Of a DNA stretch of 64,000 nt, positions 9,801 to 18,821 are shown piece after piece. Below the pieces are notes generated by a model. That model did no database searches and was not told the origin of the DNA. It saw only the letters and a list, made by a program, of their open reading frames with translations. The position numbers and the translations under genes are program-made. Source of the DNA: Rebecca billardiae RCC1528 (taxonomy: Eukaryota; Protista; Haptophyta); the NCBI GenBank assembly GCA_965240325.2, contig OZ251225.1, positions 3,472,001 to 3,536,000 of the forward strand. Reading direction: 5' to 3'. Every line of letters begins with the position of its first letter. Position 1 is the first letter of the stretch.

Positions 9801-10109
9801 GGTGCAGCCCGCGTGATCACACCTGCGGTTCACCACGTTCACCATGCCGGCCAGCTTGTGCGTAGCGCACCGGCTGGCGCGCTTCTCGCCCGGCATGCCG
9901 AATGAAGGCGCCGTGGTGCAGCCCGCGTGATCACACATGCGGCTCTGCACATTGATCATGCCAGCCAGCTTGTGCGCAGCGCACTGGCTGGCGCGCGCGT
10001 CGCCCGGCGGAAGCCCGGGTGGGCGCGTGGAAAGGACGAGCTCGAGAGGCGTCGAGCCCCGCGCGCGCGGTTTCATTCGCTCAGGCGGCGAATCTCCACG
10101 CTCGCCCAT
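6843..10109 (-). CDS. EsV-1-7-type cysteine-rich repeat protein: 18 full repeats plus an N-terminal half repeat, then a KRR basic motif and a repetitive Pro/Thr/His tail
   Basis: Tandem ~38-aa units C-x4-C-x~16-C-x2-H-K-x2-G-M-V-N-V match the EsV-1-7 motif. The start is uncertain (ATG at 10109 or 10076). The ORF-track extension to 10331 overlaps the MATE gene antisense and is probably not real. Confidence 0.8.
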   Translation of the reverse strand: MGERGDSPPERMKPRARGSTPLELVLSTRPPGLPPGDARASQCAAHKLAGMINVQSRMCDHAGCTTAPSFGMPGEKRASRCATHKLAGMVNVVNRRCDHAGCTTVPSFGMPGEKRASWCATHKLAGMVNVVSRKCDHEGCAKGPAFGMPGEKRASRCATHKLAGMADMRYAKCDHEGCTKHASLGMAGDSRASRCATHKLAGMVNVVSPTCDHAGCTKQPAFGMPGEKRASRCATHKLAGMVNVRSPKCDHADCTTRPSFGMPGARASRCAVHKLAGMVDVRSPTCDHADCTTGPSFGMPGARPSRCAAHKLAGMVCVAKRTMCHHDGCTKGPSYGKPGDARASRCATHKLAGMVNVVSPQCDHDGCAKGPSFGMPGDARASRCAAHKLAGMVDVVSLLCDHGGCIKQPSFGMPGNSRPSRCATHKLAGMVDMKNRTCDHAGCTTRPYFGMPGDERASRCVTHKLAGMVNVKSPTCDHAGCTTRPSFGMPGNSRPSRCATHKLAGMVDMKNRTCDHAGCTTRPYFGMPGDARASRCATHKLAGMVNVKSLACHHDGCTKGPSYGMPGDARASRCATHKLAGMVNVVSPMCDHAGCTKQPAFGMAGDARASRCATHKLTGMINVRSGMCDHAGCTKGPAFGMPGDARASRCATHKLTGMINVRSRKCDHAGCTKQPVFGMPGEKRASRCASHKLAGMVDVMNRMCDHAGCTKHPSFGMQGEKRASRCATHKLAGMVNVVSVPKRRLEHGTGDQGTRSAKRRCTHSSHIAAVSDVAPLLTSPPPLVAVEHGTGDQARCAAPRRHTHSSHIAAVSDVAPLLTSPPPLVAVEHGTGDQARCAAPRRHTHSSHIAAVSDVVPPLTSPPPLVAVEHGTGDQARCAAPRRHTHSSNITAVSDVAPLLSPPPPLVAVGTPLVAVGTPLVAVGTPLVAVGIPLVSPYGTVHPVGDWMVNGYGGAWALDEQHLCGNAGDTTRAAPGWAGIYDQGLPAGINTTVAPALPLSSMAAGAGAGRQQPPQVAPVVTASRALVDDAGGSEARHSSGVLRPLLERCNGAGYLRTVPPHGDDTGHTAESDDDHWTVMSLDLSSDDR
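7320..7397 (-). repeat. 21-bp coding minisatellite (LVAVGTP) x~4
   Basis: ACTGCCACCAGTGGCGTGCCA repeated. Confidence 0.9.
7390..7878 (-). repeat. ~120-bp coding tandem repeat x~4 (EHGTGDQARCAAPRRHTHSSHIAAVSDVAPLLTSPPPLVAV)
   Basis: Near-identical units visible in both DNA and protein. Confidence 0.9.
7890..10008 (-). repeat. ~114-bp coding tandem array (EsV-1-7 units)
   Basis: GTGATCACAC and CATGCCGGCCAGCTTGTGCG recur with a period of about 114 bp. Confidence 0.95.
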
Positions 10110-10179
10110 CTTTTGCGTCCGGTGCTCCAGTGCTGCGCTGCTCACGACTGCAGTGGTCAGGAAAGCCGGGCGCGGAATC

Positions 10180-11847
10180 ATGCTCGGGGCCGACTTCGCG
10201 CGCACGCTCGCGTCCGCCGCGAACATCATCGTGCCCACTGCGATGGGCAACGCCGTCGAGTTCCTGCCCGTCTGCTTCGCCATTGCCTTCGTCGGCCACC
10301 AGCCGCACCTGCCGGAGCATGCGCTCGACACCGAGCTGGCGGCAATGGCGCTCGCGCGCAGCTACTTCAACACAGTCGCAATGGCGGTGGGCTTCGGGCT
10401 GATCACGCCACTGCGCACGCTGTGCCCGCAGGCCGTGGGCGCGGGCAAGCCGCAGCAGTGCGCGCTAGCGCTGCAGCGCGCGCTGCTCGCCGTCTGCATC
10501 GGCGCGCTGCCCGCGATCCCGCTGCTGTGCTCCGCTGACCGCGTGCTGCGCTGGCTCGGGCAGAGGGCGGAGGTGGCGGAGCTCGCGCGGCAGTACAGCG
10601 TACGGCTGATCCCGCAGTATTTTGGCTGCGTGGGCATGTCCGTTTTGCAACGAATCTTCCAGGCGCACGGCCACAACTGGGCGAACTTTGCAATCTGCGC
10701 GGCCGTGTGCGTGGCCGCGCCGGCCATACAGGCCCTGCTCGTGTGGCGACTGCGGCTGGGCTTTCTCGGGGCGGCGTGGGCGGCGTCGGCGTACAACATG
10801 CTGTACATCGTGCTGCAGGTGCCCACGCTCCACGCACTGGGGCACGCCGGCGTGCTCCGCCCGCAGCCGCTCCGCGCCGTCTTCGACTCGAGCGGCGTGC
10901 GCGCGTATGCTCGGCTCGCTGCTCCAGGCTTTGTGATGTGCACGCTGGAGTGGTGGGTGGTGGAGGTGGTCGTGGTGCTCTCGGGTGTGCTGCATCACCC
11001 GCTCGTCGCCACGTCGACGATGAGCGTCGCTGGCGCGGTCCAGTCTCTCGGGATGATGGCCTGGATCGGCTGCGCCGTCGGCTCTGCCAACCTGGTCGGC
11101 ACGGCGATCGGAGCTGGCGACCTGCCGCGCGCGCGGCGCGGAGCGTTGGCGGTGCTCACCATTGCTGTGGCGCTCGGCGGCACGTTGGGCGTTGGGCTCG
11201 CGCTGCTGCGTCAACCGCTCTCGCGCGTCTTCACGCAGTCTGCGGGTATCGACGCGCTCACCGCGCGCCTGCTCCCGGTAATGGGCGCGGTGCTCGCGGC
11301 CGACGCGATGAATAACACCATCGGCGGCATCTGCAGCGGTCTTGGCTTGCTCAAGGTGGGGGCCGCGTCCCAGCTGGTCGGCTACTACGTCGTGGGCATG
11401 CCAGTGGGGATCTGGCTGGCGTTCGCGCGCTTCCACGCCTCTGAGGACGGCGTGCTCGCGCTGTGGGGCGGCGTGTTCCTCGCCGTGGTCACGTCTGCCG
11501 TGCTGCAGACCGTCTGCCTCGCAAGGCACAACTGGCAGCGCGCGGTCGACGCGGGAGCCGAGCGTGTGCGCGACGATGAGGCTGCGAGCGCTGCGGCTGC
11601 CGCGCGCGCGCGCGTCGCGCATGCTGGCAGTGCCGCCTCGGAGTCCATGTCGCTGAACGCAGGCGATCTCTCTGCGCGTCTGCTCGAGAACGCCGTTGGA
11701 GCTGGCGGCGAGAACAGCCGCGAATATTGTCATGCCGAGCTCGATGGGAACGACGAGGATGACGAGGCTGTTGAGTCTGATGCGGTGCCAGGCTTCTTGC
11801 CGTACGTTGGGCCTGTTCCGCCCGCGCCAGCAGAGCAGGCAGTATGA
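10180..11847 (+). CDS. MATE (multidrug and toxic compound extrusion) transporter
   Basis: FVGH...ELAAMALA...FGLITPLRTLCPQAVGA, LGFLGAAWA, LAAPGFVMCTLEWW..E, VGTAIGAG and GYYVVGMPVG are eukaryotic MATE signatures. Confidence 0.93.
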   Translation: MLGADFARTLASAANIIVPTAMGNAVEFLPVCFAIAFVGHQPHLPEHALDTELAAMALARSYFNTVAMAVGFGLITPLRTLCPQAVGAGKPQQCALALQRALLAVCIGALPAIPLLCSADRVLRWLGQRAEVAELARQYSVRLIPQYFGCVGMSVLQRIFQAHGHNWANFAICAAVCVAAPAIQALLVWRLRLGFLGAAWAASAYNMLYIVLQVPTLHALGHAGVLRPQPLRAVFDSSGVRAYARLAAPGFVMCTLEWWVVEVVVVLSGVLHHPLVATSTMSVAGAVQSLGMMAWIGCAVGSANLVGTAIGAGDLPRARRGALAVLTIAVALGGTLGVGLALLRQPLSRVFTQSAGIDALTARLLPVMGAVLAADAMNNTIGGICSGLGLLKVGAASQLVGYYVVGMPVGIWLAFARFHASEDGVLALWGGVFLAVVTSAVLQTVCLARHNWQRAVDAGAERVRDDEAASAAAAARARVAHAGSAASESMSLNAGDLSARLLENAVGAGGENSREYCHAELDGNDEDDEAVESDAVPGFLPYVGPVPPAPAEQAV

Positions 11848-12165
11848 GTGCCAGACCCGAGACTGGCAGCCGCAGCTCGTCGGCTGCGGCGCGCAGCAGC
11901 TGCAGACGAATGAGGGGCTATTTAGTATTTGAATTCTGCCACCTCGGCCGCGGCGGGTCCGTCCGAGAGGCGCCAGCACTTGGTTGGCAGTGAGCCTGAT
12001 TGTCGCGGCCGTCGAGTCCACCGGGCACCGTGCCTGCCAGACTCGGTAACTCATGTGTGAGTGACAATGAGTGAGGCCCGGGCCGCATACACGTAACACG
12101 GCCGCGGAGGACGTTGCACGAGGCTGTGTGCGAGAATGCGATGGGTCGGCGAGGGCTGGTCAGCT

Positions 12166-12576
12166 TCACGCATGCGTGTTGCTGCCCATCGACGCCCCCT
12201 GATTGAAGGCAGCGTTTGTTTGCGGGCTCATCAGCGAGTGCGTGTAGCCGAAAATGCTGGAGATCGCGCGCAGTGCAATGTCCCCGTGTTGGATGCCGTG
12301 CGCATGGTGGACCAGGTCTGGCGACGCTCCGAGTGCGGTGTAGTCCCCGTAGGACGAGTCCGTGGCCTCGAGTGCCATCTCGGAGTTCAGAGCCTCGTCG
12401 GCCGCGCCGAGGAAGCCGCCCAGCAGCTTGACCGTGTTGTCAACTGAGCCGACAGTGTGGTGGGTCTGCAGCTCGCACTCGTGCCGGTAGTGGGACTTGC
12501 GCCAGTGCTCGATGCCGTGCTGGTGCTGCAGGATGCACGGGTCGTTCTCCGGGTCGGTGGCGGCGGGAGTGCTCAT
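12166..12576 (-). CDS. Hypothetical His-rich protein (136 aa)
   Basis: ORF with host-like GC3 codon bias and ordinary amino-acid composition. Divergent from the RRM gene. No family recognised. Confidence 0.55.
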   Translation of the reverse strand: MSTPAATDPENDPCILQHQHGIEHWRKSHYRHECELQTHHTVGSVDNTVKLLGGFLGAADEALNSEMALEATDSSYGDYTALGASPDLVHHAHGIQHGDIALRAISSIFGYTHSLMSPQTNAAFNQGASMGSNTHA

Positions 12577-12865
12577 CGCGATCTGGGATGTGGGAGAGGT
12601 TGCGGCAAGCACACGCGCAGGAGGCTGCTGGGCAGGCGCTTGGGGCGGCGGGATCCAACGCGTCGGCAGCGGTTGAGTTCACTAGTGCGGGATTCGAAAA
12701 GTTACGTGAAACTTCCCTACAACTCATACAAGCGAGTACTGTCATCATCAGAGCGACATCATGGGGTCGGTGGCAGAGCTTGCTTTCTAAAAATCCACAG
12801 CTCGTCTTTCCGCTCGCGAAGTCGCGAGCAGTTCTGGCATTCTGCATTTCCGGGAGCAAGCCAGC

Positions 12866-13347
12866 ATGGCGGCCAACGACAAGAAGACGCTCTATGTCGG
12901 TGCGCGCCCGCTCGCGCCCCGGTCCTCCGCTCGCTAGCTGGGAGCTCATCCAACGCCCTGCACGCGCGTGACGCGCTCGACCGTGGCGCAGGCGGGCTCG
13001 AGGACACCGTGACAGCCGAAAACATCCGCGCGGCGTTTGTGCCTTTTGGTGAGGTTGTGGACGTGGGGATGCCGATCGACCAGACGACACAGAAGCACCG
13101 CGGCTTTGCTTTCGTCCAGTTCGAGTCGCCCGATGACGCTGCTGACGCCGTCGACAACATGGACGGCGCGGAGCTCTACGGGCGCGTGCTCAAGGTGAAC
13201 GTGTCCAAGCCGTCTGCGATGAAGAGCAACCGGCCGATCTGGGAGACGGACGCGGACAACTACTACGAGCATGGCGAGAAGCAGGAGGTCGAGCCGGAGC
13301 AGGTCGAGCGGTGGCGAAATAGTGCACAGGATGCCGCGGCAGCCTAG
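12866..13347 (+). CDS. RRM protein similar to the cyclophilin E/Cyp33 N-terminal RRM, with no PPIase domain; exons 12866-12899 and 12992-13347
   Basis: KKTLYV|GGLEDTV..AAFVPFGEVVDVGMPIDQTTQKHRGFAFVQFE...AVDNMDGAELYGRVLKVN...RPIWETDAD. Intron at 12900-12991. Confidence 0.87.
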
Positions 13348-13612
13348 GTCTCGGCGTGCTCGGACCAGTGCTCACCATTTCTATGCATGCGTTGGCTAGC
13401 TAGGCGGTAGCGGGTAGGCCTCCTGTCGCGGCACGGACGCGGGTACTCCGCCCGGTACGGTCGCGGTCCCGCGAGTGTCCCGCCCGGGCGCCCGGCCCTG
13501 GGCCGGGATGGCGACGCGACGGTCGCTCCCTAAGTCTGAGCGGCTGACAGCCTTAGCCACTAGACCGATATGTTCTGTGACGATGTATGTCATTAATATA
13601 ATTCGTCCGAGG

Positions 13613-13734
<122 letters not shown>

Positions 13735-14553
13735 AGGTCCCGTGTGATGCACTTGAGAGTTAAGGCAGCCCGGATCCGCCACATATTTATTATATGCTGA
13801 CGACGATCATCTAAGTGTTAAAAACGAAGAAATTAGCATAATTATCATGTAGACTCAGGCTCTCACACTCTGAGACTGTCGCCTTCACGCCGGGCTAAGC
13901 GCCGCCTGAGCGCATCAGGCGGCACGGGCTCCCGTCACTGACACTTGAGGCGTCGACTCACAGGACTCAGGAGCCACTCTGCGGACCGAATCGTACGAAC
14001 TCGTTTCAACCCTCCGAGTCCGATGATCCATTGACCATTTACCATTATCCAAGTGGCAATGGTGCTCCGGAAGGCAGCGCTCGGCTGCGGCGGCCGCTCT
14101 GCCGTCGCCACTGCGTGCCCCAGGGCCCAGGGCCCAGGGCGGCCCCCAGGCCGTGGCGACGGTGCTCCGTCGACCAGGGCTGCGGGAGTGCCGGGTGGCC
14201 GCACCCGGCGTCTCCCTGACCTGGAATCGGAAGGCGCGGACACGTACAATACACGTGTCTGCTGCACTTCTTCAGCCGCCCTGACGCCTGCCCGTTGCAT
14301 GCCACGATGTTATGTCGTACATGTATGACGGCGCAGGTCTCCTGATTCGTCGCGGCAATCGTCGACAAGACACAAGTCGTCGCGTTCAGGCCGCCGTTCA
14401 GCGGCGTTGGTGTCTTGGTGCCGCAGAGTGCGCTGTGCCAAGGGCGGTGCTGTGCCAAGGGGAGTGCTTTTCGTGGCGTCATCAATAAATTCCGAGACGA
14501 CGAATGACGACCTCGCGCGGCAGGGCCGACCGATCGAAAGCTCGCTCAAGGGC

Positions 14554-17500
14554 ATGCGTCTCGCGCTCGCAGTGCTGCTGGGTGCCGCGGGAATCGGCGG
14601 CGCTCTCGGCGGATGGTCGCGCGATGAGAGCACCACACCGCTTGGCCGCGTGCTGCCGCTCAGCGTCGGAGGCCTGTCGAACGCGCTCGCCATGCGCGCG
14701 GCGGACGGTCGCGCCGTGCCTGTGCTGCGGCGACTGCCGCCATCCACCCACGCCGAGCAGGTGGGCGACCCGGCGGAGGGATGCGTCGTCATCTCGGCCG
14801 ACGTGGACGCGGACGGTACAAGCGATGCCGCCGGCGGCTGGCTCCAGCTCGGCGCGCTCACGTGCGCGCGGCTGGTCGCCCTGTCGCGCGTGAAGCGCTG
14901 GTGGATGGCCCCGTCCTTTGGCTGCTGCGCGGCCGACGTGCCGCGCGAGACGCAGATGCTGCTCGTCGAGCTGCGCGCGGGCGGGCCGTACGTGCTCTTT
15001 CTCCCCATCATCGACGGCGACGTGCGCGCGACGCTCACCGGCGCCCCTGCCGTCGGCACGCCCGCGCGGCTCGCGTCGAATCGACTGTGCCTGGAGCTGC
15101 ACGCCGGTGGGAGCGATGCGGAGGGTGCGCGGCCGAGGGCGCGCGCGCGGCACGCGGTGGTGTGCGCGGCGGGTACCGACCCGCACGAGCTGCTCTCGCG
15201 CGGCGTGCGCGCCGCCGCCGCGTGCATGCGCGGCTCGTTCGCGCCGCGGCCGGCCAAGCGCGCGCCCGACGCACTCGACCTCTTTGGCTGGTGCACCTGG
15301 GATGCGTTTTATGAGGCGGTGCGGCCGGAGGGCGTGGTGTCGGGCGTGCGCACGCTGCGCGCGGCGGGCGTGCCGGTGCGCTGGCTCATACTCGACGACG
15401 GCTGGCAGGACATCGAGCCGCCGCTGCCCGACTCGGCCCCCGCGTCGCCCGAGTCTCGCGGCGCGGCGGCAAGCGCGCCCGCCCAGCCGGCGCAGCTGCA
15501 GCCGCCGCCGCAGCAGCTGCCGGCGGAGGCGGGCGCGGGCGAGGCGCAGGGCGGCGCGGACGGCGCGCCCGGCGCGCCGCGGGAGGCCAGCGGCGCGAGC
15601 ACCGACTCGACGGGCGGGGGGCCGCTCGCCGCCGCCTTCGGCGCGTGCGCCTCCGCCATCGAGCGCTGGTACCAGGCGCGCGTCGCGCACGCGCCCGCGG
15701 ATGCGCGCGCGGTTCGGCTGTGGCGGAGGCTCGTGAGCTGGGGCCCCGCGCGCGCGGCGCTGCACGCGCAGCTCGAGGCGACGACGACGTTCACGCGGCG
15801 GCTGTCCTCCGCGCGCGCCAACTCGAAGTTCGAGCAGCCCGCGCCGAAGCACATGGCCCCGCCGCCCGACACGTCCGACGCGGGCGCGGGCGGCGGCGCC
15901 GCGCCGCCGTATGCCGGGGCTGCGGGCGCGCGCTCGCCGCCCGGCGGCACGGATCGCGCCGAGGCGCGCGCGAGCCTCGCGGGGCTCGTGCGCGCGCTGA
16001 AGGGCGAGCACGGCGTGCAGCGCGTGTACGCGTGGCACGCGCTCGGCGGGTACTGGTCGGGCGTGAGCGCCAACCAGTCCACCTCCGCGCTGGCGCGCGA
16101 GTGCGCGCCTGTGCGCGTGGTCATGCCTACGCCCGCGCCTGCGCTGCACGCTGTGGAGCCGCCGATCTCGTGGGATGGCCTCGCCGTGGGCGGGGTGGGG
16201 GTGGCGCAGCCGGGTGCGCCGCTGCGCGCCCTGTACGCCGCGATGCACGGGTACCTGCGCGCCGCGGGCATCGACGGCGTGAAGACGGACGTGCAGGCGG
16301 CCCTTGGCACACTCGAGCTGCAGCAGCCAGGCGGCGGCGCGGGCGGCGGCAGCGCGCGCGCGGGCGGCCAGGGGCGGCTGTCGGGCGTCGCGCTGGCGCG
16401 CGCGTACGTCGAGGCGTGCGAGGCGTCGGTCGCGTCGCACTTCCCCGCGCCGCCCGCCCTGGGCGACGACGAGGCGGGGGCGGGGGCCGGGGCGAGGGGC
16501 GGAGGCGACGACGGCGCGCCCGCGGCCGCGGCCGCGCGGCCGCGCGCGCTCGGCATTGTGCACTGCATGTGCCACGGCACGGAGACACTGTACCGGTACG
16601 CGCAGGGCTGCGTGATCCGCGCGGCGGACGACTTCTTCCCCGAGCAGCCCCTCTCCCAGACGGTGCACATCGCGCACGTGGCGTACAACTCGCTGCTGCT
16701 CGGCGAGCTGGGCGTGCCCGACTGGGACATGTTCCATTCCGCCGCGCCGAGCGGAGGGCTGCACTCGGCCGCGCGCGCGATCAGCGGCGGGCCGGTGTAC
16801 GTGTCGGACGCGCCGGGCGTGCACGACGGCGAGCTGCTGCGCCAGCTCGTCACGCCGCGCGGCAACGTGCTGCGCGCGAGCCGCCACGCCGCGCCCACGT
16901 CCGACTGCCTCTTCGCCGACGTGCGCGCGGACGGCGCGTCCGCGCTCAAGCTGTGGAACGTGAACGGCGCGGGCGGGTGCGTGCTGGGCGCGTTCAACCT
17001 GCAGGGCGTGACGTGGGACCACAGCCAGCACGCCAACGTCGTCACGGACTCGGCGGGCGTGTCCGTCCTCGTCGCCGTCTCGCCGCTCGACGCGCCGCCG
17101 CTGCTCGCGGCCGCCGCCGAGCGCGTGCGCGCGCGCCCGCACGCGCGGCGCCGCGCGCGCTGGGCCGCGGCCGCGAGGGCGGCGGCGCGCACCGCTGCCG
17201 GCGCCGACGCACCGCCGGCCGCGGAGGAGCCGCGGACGGCGGCTTTCGCCGTGCACGCGCACCGCAGCGGCGTCCTGCGGCTGATGGAGATCAACGCGGC
17301 GCACCTTGGCGCGCGCGAGGCGGCGGCGCGCGCGGGCGCGCACGAGCCGCCGAGGCGCGCGCCGCGCCGCCGGCCGTCGGTGCTCAAGCGCCCGGCGCGC
17401 GCCGACGCGGCCGAGGGCGCGGACGCGCCGCGGCTGCGCCCCGCAGCATCCGAGGCGGGCGATTCGATCGAGATCGTGCTCGAGCCGGGTGGCTGGGAGC

Positions 17501-18096
17501 TCTTCACGCTCGCGCCGGTGCACGACGTGGCGCTGCGCGCGCGCGTCGCGGGCGCGAGCGTGCGCGTGCGCGTGCGCTGGGCCTGCGTCGGGCTGAGGCG
17601 CATGCTCAACGGCGGCGCCGCAGTGCTGCGCTCGGCGCTGCACGAAGTGCGCGAGCCGGCGGCGGCCGCCGCGCTCGCGGCCGCCGCGCGCACCGCGCGC
17701 GACTCGCGCGCGCTGAGCGCGCTCGTCGAGGACACGCGCGCGCCGCGCTGGTGGGAGGTGCTGCTCGGCCTGCGCACCGCCGCCGCCGTCCGCGCCGTCG
17801 CGCTCGCGACGGTGCGTGGCTCGGGCGAGCTGCTGTGCTACTGCTCGCACCGGCCTCGCGCCGTCGTGCTGCGCTCGGCCGGGGCGGAGGCGGACGCGGC
17901 GGCGGACGGCGGCGCGGACCGCGGCGCAGCCGCTGCGGCGGCGGCGCGCGACGCGGGCGCGCGCGTCGTCCGCTGGTCGTACGAGCCGGGCTCCGGCGCG
18001 CTGCGCGTGCACATCCCGGAGCCAGCTGCGCCGGGCGGCGCCGGCTGTGTCGCGCACCGCACCGAGCCCATCTGGCAGCTGGTCGTCCTCGTCTGA
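14554..18096 (+). CDS. Raffinose synthase/seed imbibition protein Sip1 family (GH36 alkaline alpha-galactosidase-like) with signal peptide
   Basis: Motifs KRWWMAP, FGWCTWDAFY, ILDDGWQ, VYAWHALGGYW.G, GIDGVKTDVQ, RAADDFFP, PDWDMFHS and ARAISGGPVYVSD. Confidence 0.92.
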   Translation: MRLALAVLLGAAGIGGALGGWSRDESTTPLGRVLPLSVGGLSNALAMRAADGRAVPVLRRLPPSTHAEQVGDPAEGCVVISADVDADGTSDAAGGWLQLGALTCARLVALSRVKRWWMAPSFGCCAADVPRETQMLLVELRAGGPYVLFLPIIDGDVRATLTGAPAVGTPARLASNRLCLELHAGGSDAEGARPRARARHAVVCAAGTDPHELLSRGVRAAAACMRGSFAPRPAKRAPDALDLFGWCTWDAFYEAVRPEGVVSGVRTLRAAGVPVRWLILDDGWQDIEPPLPDSAPASPESRGAAASAPAQPAQLQPPPQQLPAEAGAGEAQGGADGAPGAPREASGASTDSTGGGPLAAAFGACASAIERWYQARVAHAPADARAVRLWRRLVSWGPARAALHAQLEATTTFTRRLSSARANSKFEQPAPKHMAPPPDTSDAGAGGGAAPPYAGAAGARSPPGGTDRAEARASLAGLVRALKGEHGVQRVYAWHALGGYWSGVSANQSTSALARECAPVRVVMPTPAPALHAVEPPISWDGLAVGGVGVAQPGAPLRALYAAMHGYLRAAGIDGVKTDVQAALGTLELQQPGGGAGGGSARAGGQGRLSGVALARAYVEACEASVASHFPAPPALGDDEAGAGAGARGGGDDGAPAAAAARPRALGIVHCMCHGTETLYRYAQGCVIRAADDFFPEQPLSQTVHIAHVAYNSLLLGELGVPDWDMFHSAAPSGGLHSAARAISGGPVYVSDAPGVHDGELLRQLVTPRGNVLRASRHAAPTSDCLFADVRADGASALKLWNVNGAGGCVLGAFNLQGVTWDHSQHANVVTDSAGVSVLVAVSPLDAPPLLAAAAERVRARPHARRRARWAAAARAAARTAAGADAPPAAEEPRTAAFAVHAHRSGVLRLMEINAAHLGAREAAARAGAHEPPRRAPRRRPSVLKRPARADAAEGADAPRLRPAASEAGDSIEIVLEPGGWELFTLAPVHDVALRARVAGASVRVRVRWACVGLRRMLNGGAAVLRSALHEVREPAAAAALAAAARTARDSRALSALVEDTRAPRWWEVLLGLRTAAAVRAVALATVRGSGELLCYCSHRPRAVVLRSAGAEADAAADGGADRGAAAAAAARDAGARVVRWSYEPGSGALRVHIPEPAAPGGAGCVAHRTEPIWQLVVLV

Positions 18097-18569
18097 CGCG
18101 GCAATGGCCGCGGATACCGCCCGCGATTCGGCGGCGCCAATAATTACTCTAACTACGACTTTGAACGAACGTTCTATAGACGAGTACAGAAACAGCCGAT
18201 TCTACTCTGTCTCTCTGCTACTCTCTCACTCTGACAGTCTACTAGCTGTTAATACGTGTTACTTACTCGTCATCGTCGTCACTCATCGTTTAATCATCTG
18301 AATAACTTATCAGCCGTACTGCTGCTAACTGCTAAATATTAATCAGCATGACCCGTCGCCTGCAATCAGACCGCGGTTCGGCATCAGTTGTGACTGTTCC
18401 GGGATCGGGCGCTTCGGATATCTGCTATCGTCATTTACTGCTATACTACTATCTAAATCTATGCCGCGGGCGCGTATGTCGGCGTAGTACTACTGACTCA
18501 TCAGTGGGCAGTGCTGTACACAGTGTACACTGAGTCACTAGACTGTCTGTAGACAGTCCGTGTACAACT

Positions 18570-18735
18570 ACACCTAGCCGAGTAGCAGTACTGTACTGGC
18601 GTGCTCTTGCGTCTGAGGTCATGGGTTCAAACCCCCAGTTTCCAGGTCTCTCTTCGGAGAGCGTGCGATGAAGGATGGCGCGGCAACCTGCCACCGTGAG
18701 CCTTATACGCACGTTATTCGTTAAAACAAATAAAC
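18570..18735 (+). mobile_element. Putative tRNA-derived SINE or structured Pol III RNA
   Basis: A-box-like TAGCCGAGTAG (18575). GAGGTCATGGGTTCAAACCCC resembles a variable loop plus T-arm/B-box (18615-18635). No acceptor stem. Downstream hairpins and an A-rich tail. Confidence 0.5.
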
Positions 18736-18821
18736 TGTAGTTCGGACACACTACACTAATATTATACTACACAGGCCCGCGACTACGGAGTTATTATTAT
18801 ATCTGATAGTCAATATGCTAA

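Noticed and set aside
7890-10008. Regular repeat array as a CRISPR-like locus
   Set aside because: The units are fully coding and in frame, with no unique spacers and no cas genes, in a eukaryotic context.
9937-10331. Apparent antisense overlap of the EsV-1-7 and MATE ORFs
   Set aside because: Both extensions are explained by stop-codon scarcity at high GC. Plausible ATGs at 10109/10076 and 10180 remove the overlap.
14482-18143. Very long alternative-frame and antisense ORFs (also at 40047-41594, 48921-51551 and elsewhere)
   Set aside because: These are Arg/Ala/Gly-rich shadow ORFs of real genes in extremely GC-rich DNA.
18570-18645. Functional tRNA gene
   Set aside because: No acceptor stem or clean anticodon arm. 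Kept only as a SINE-like element.
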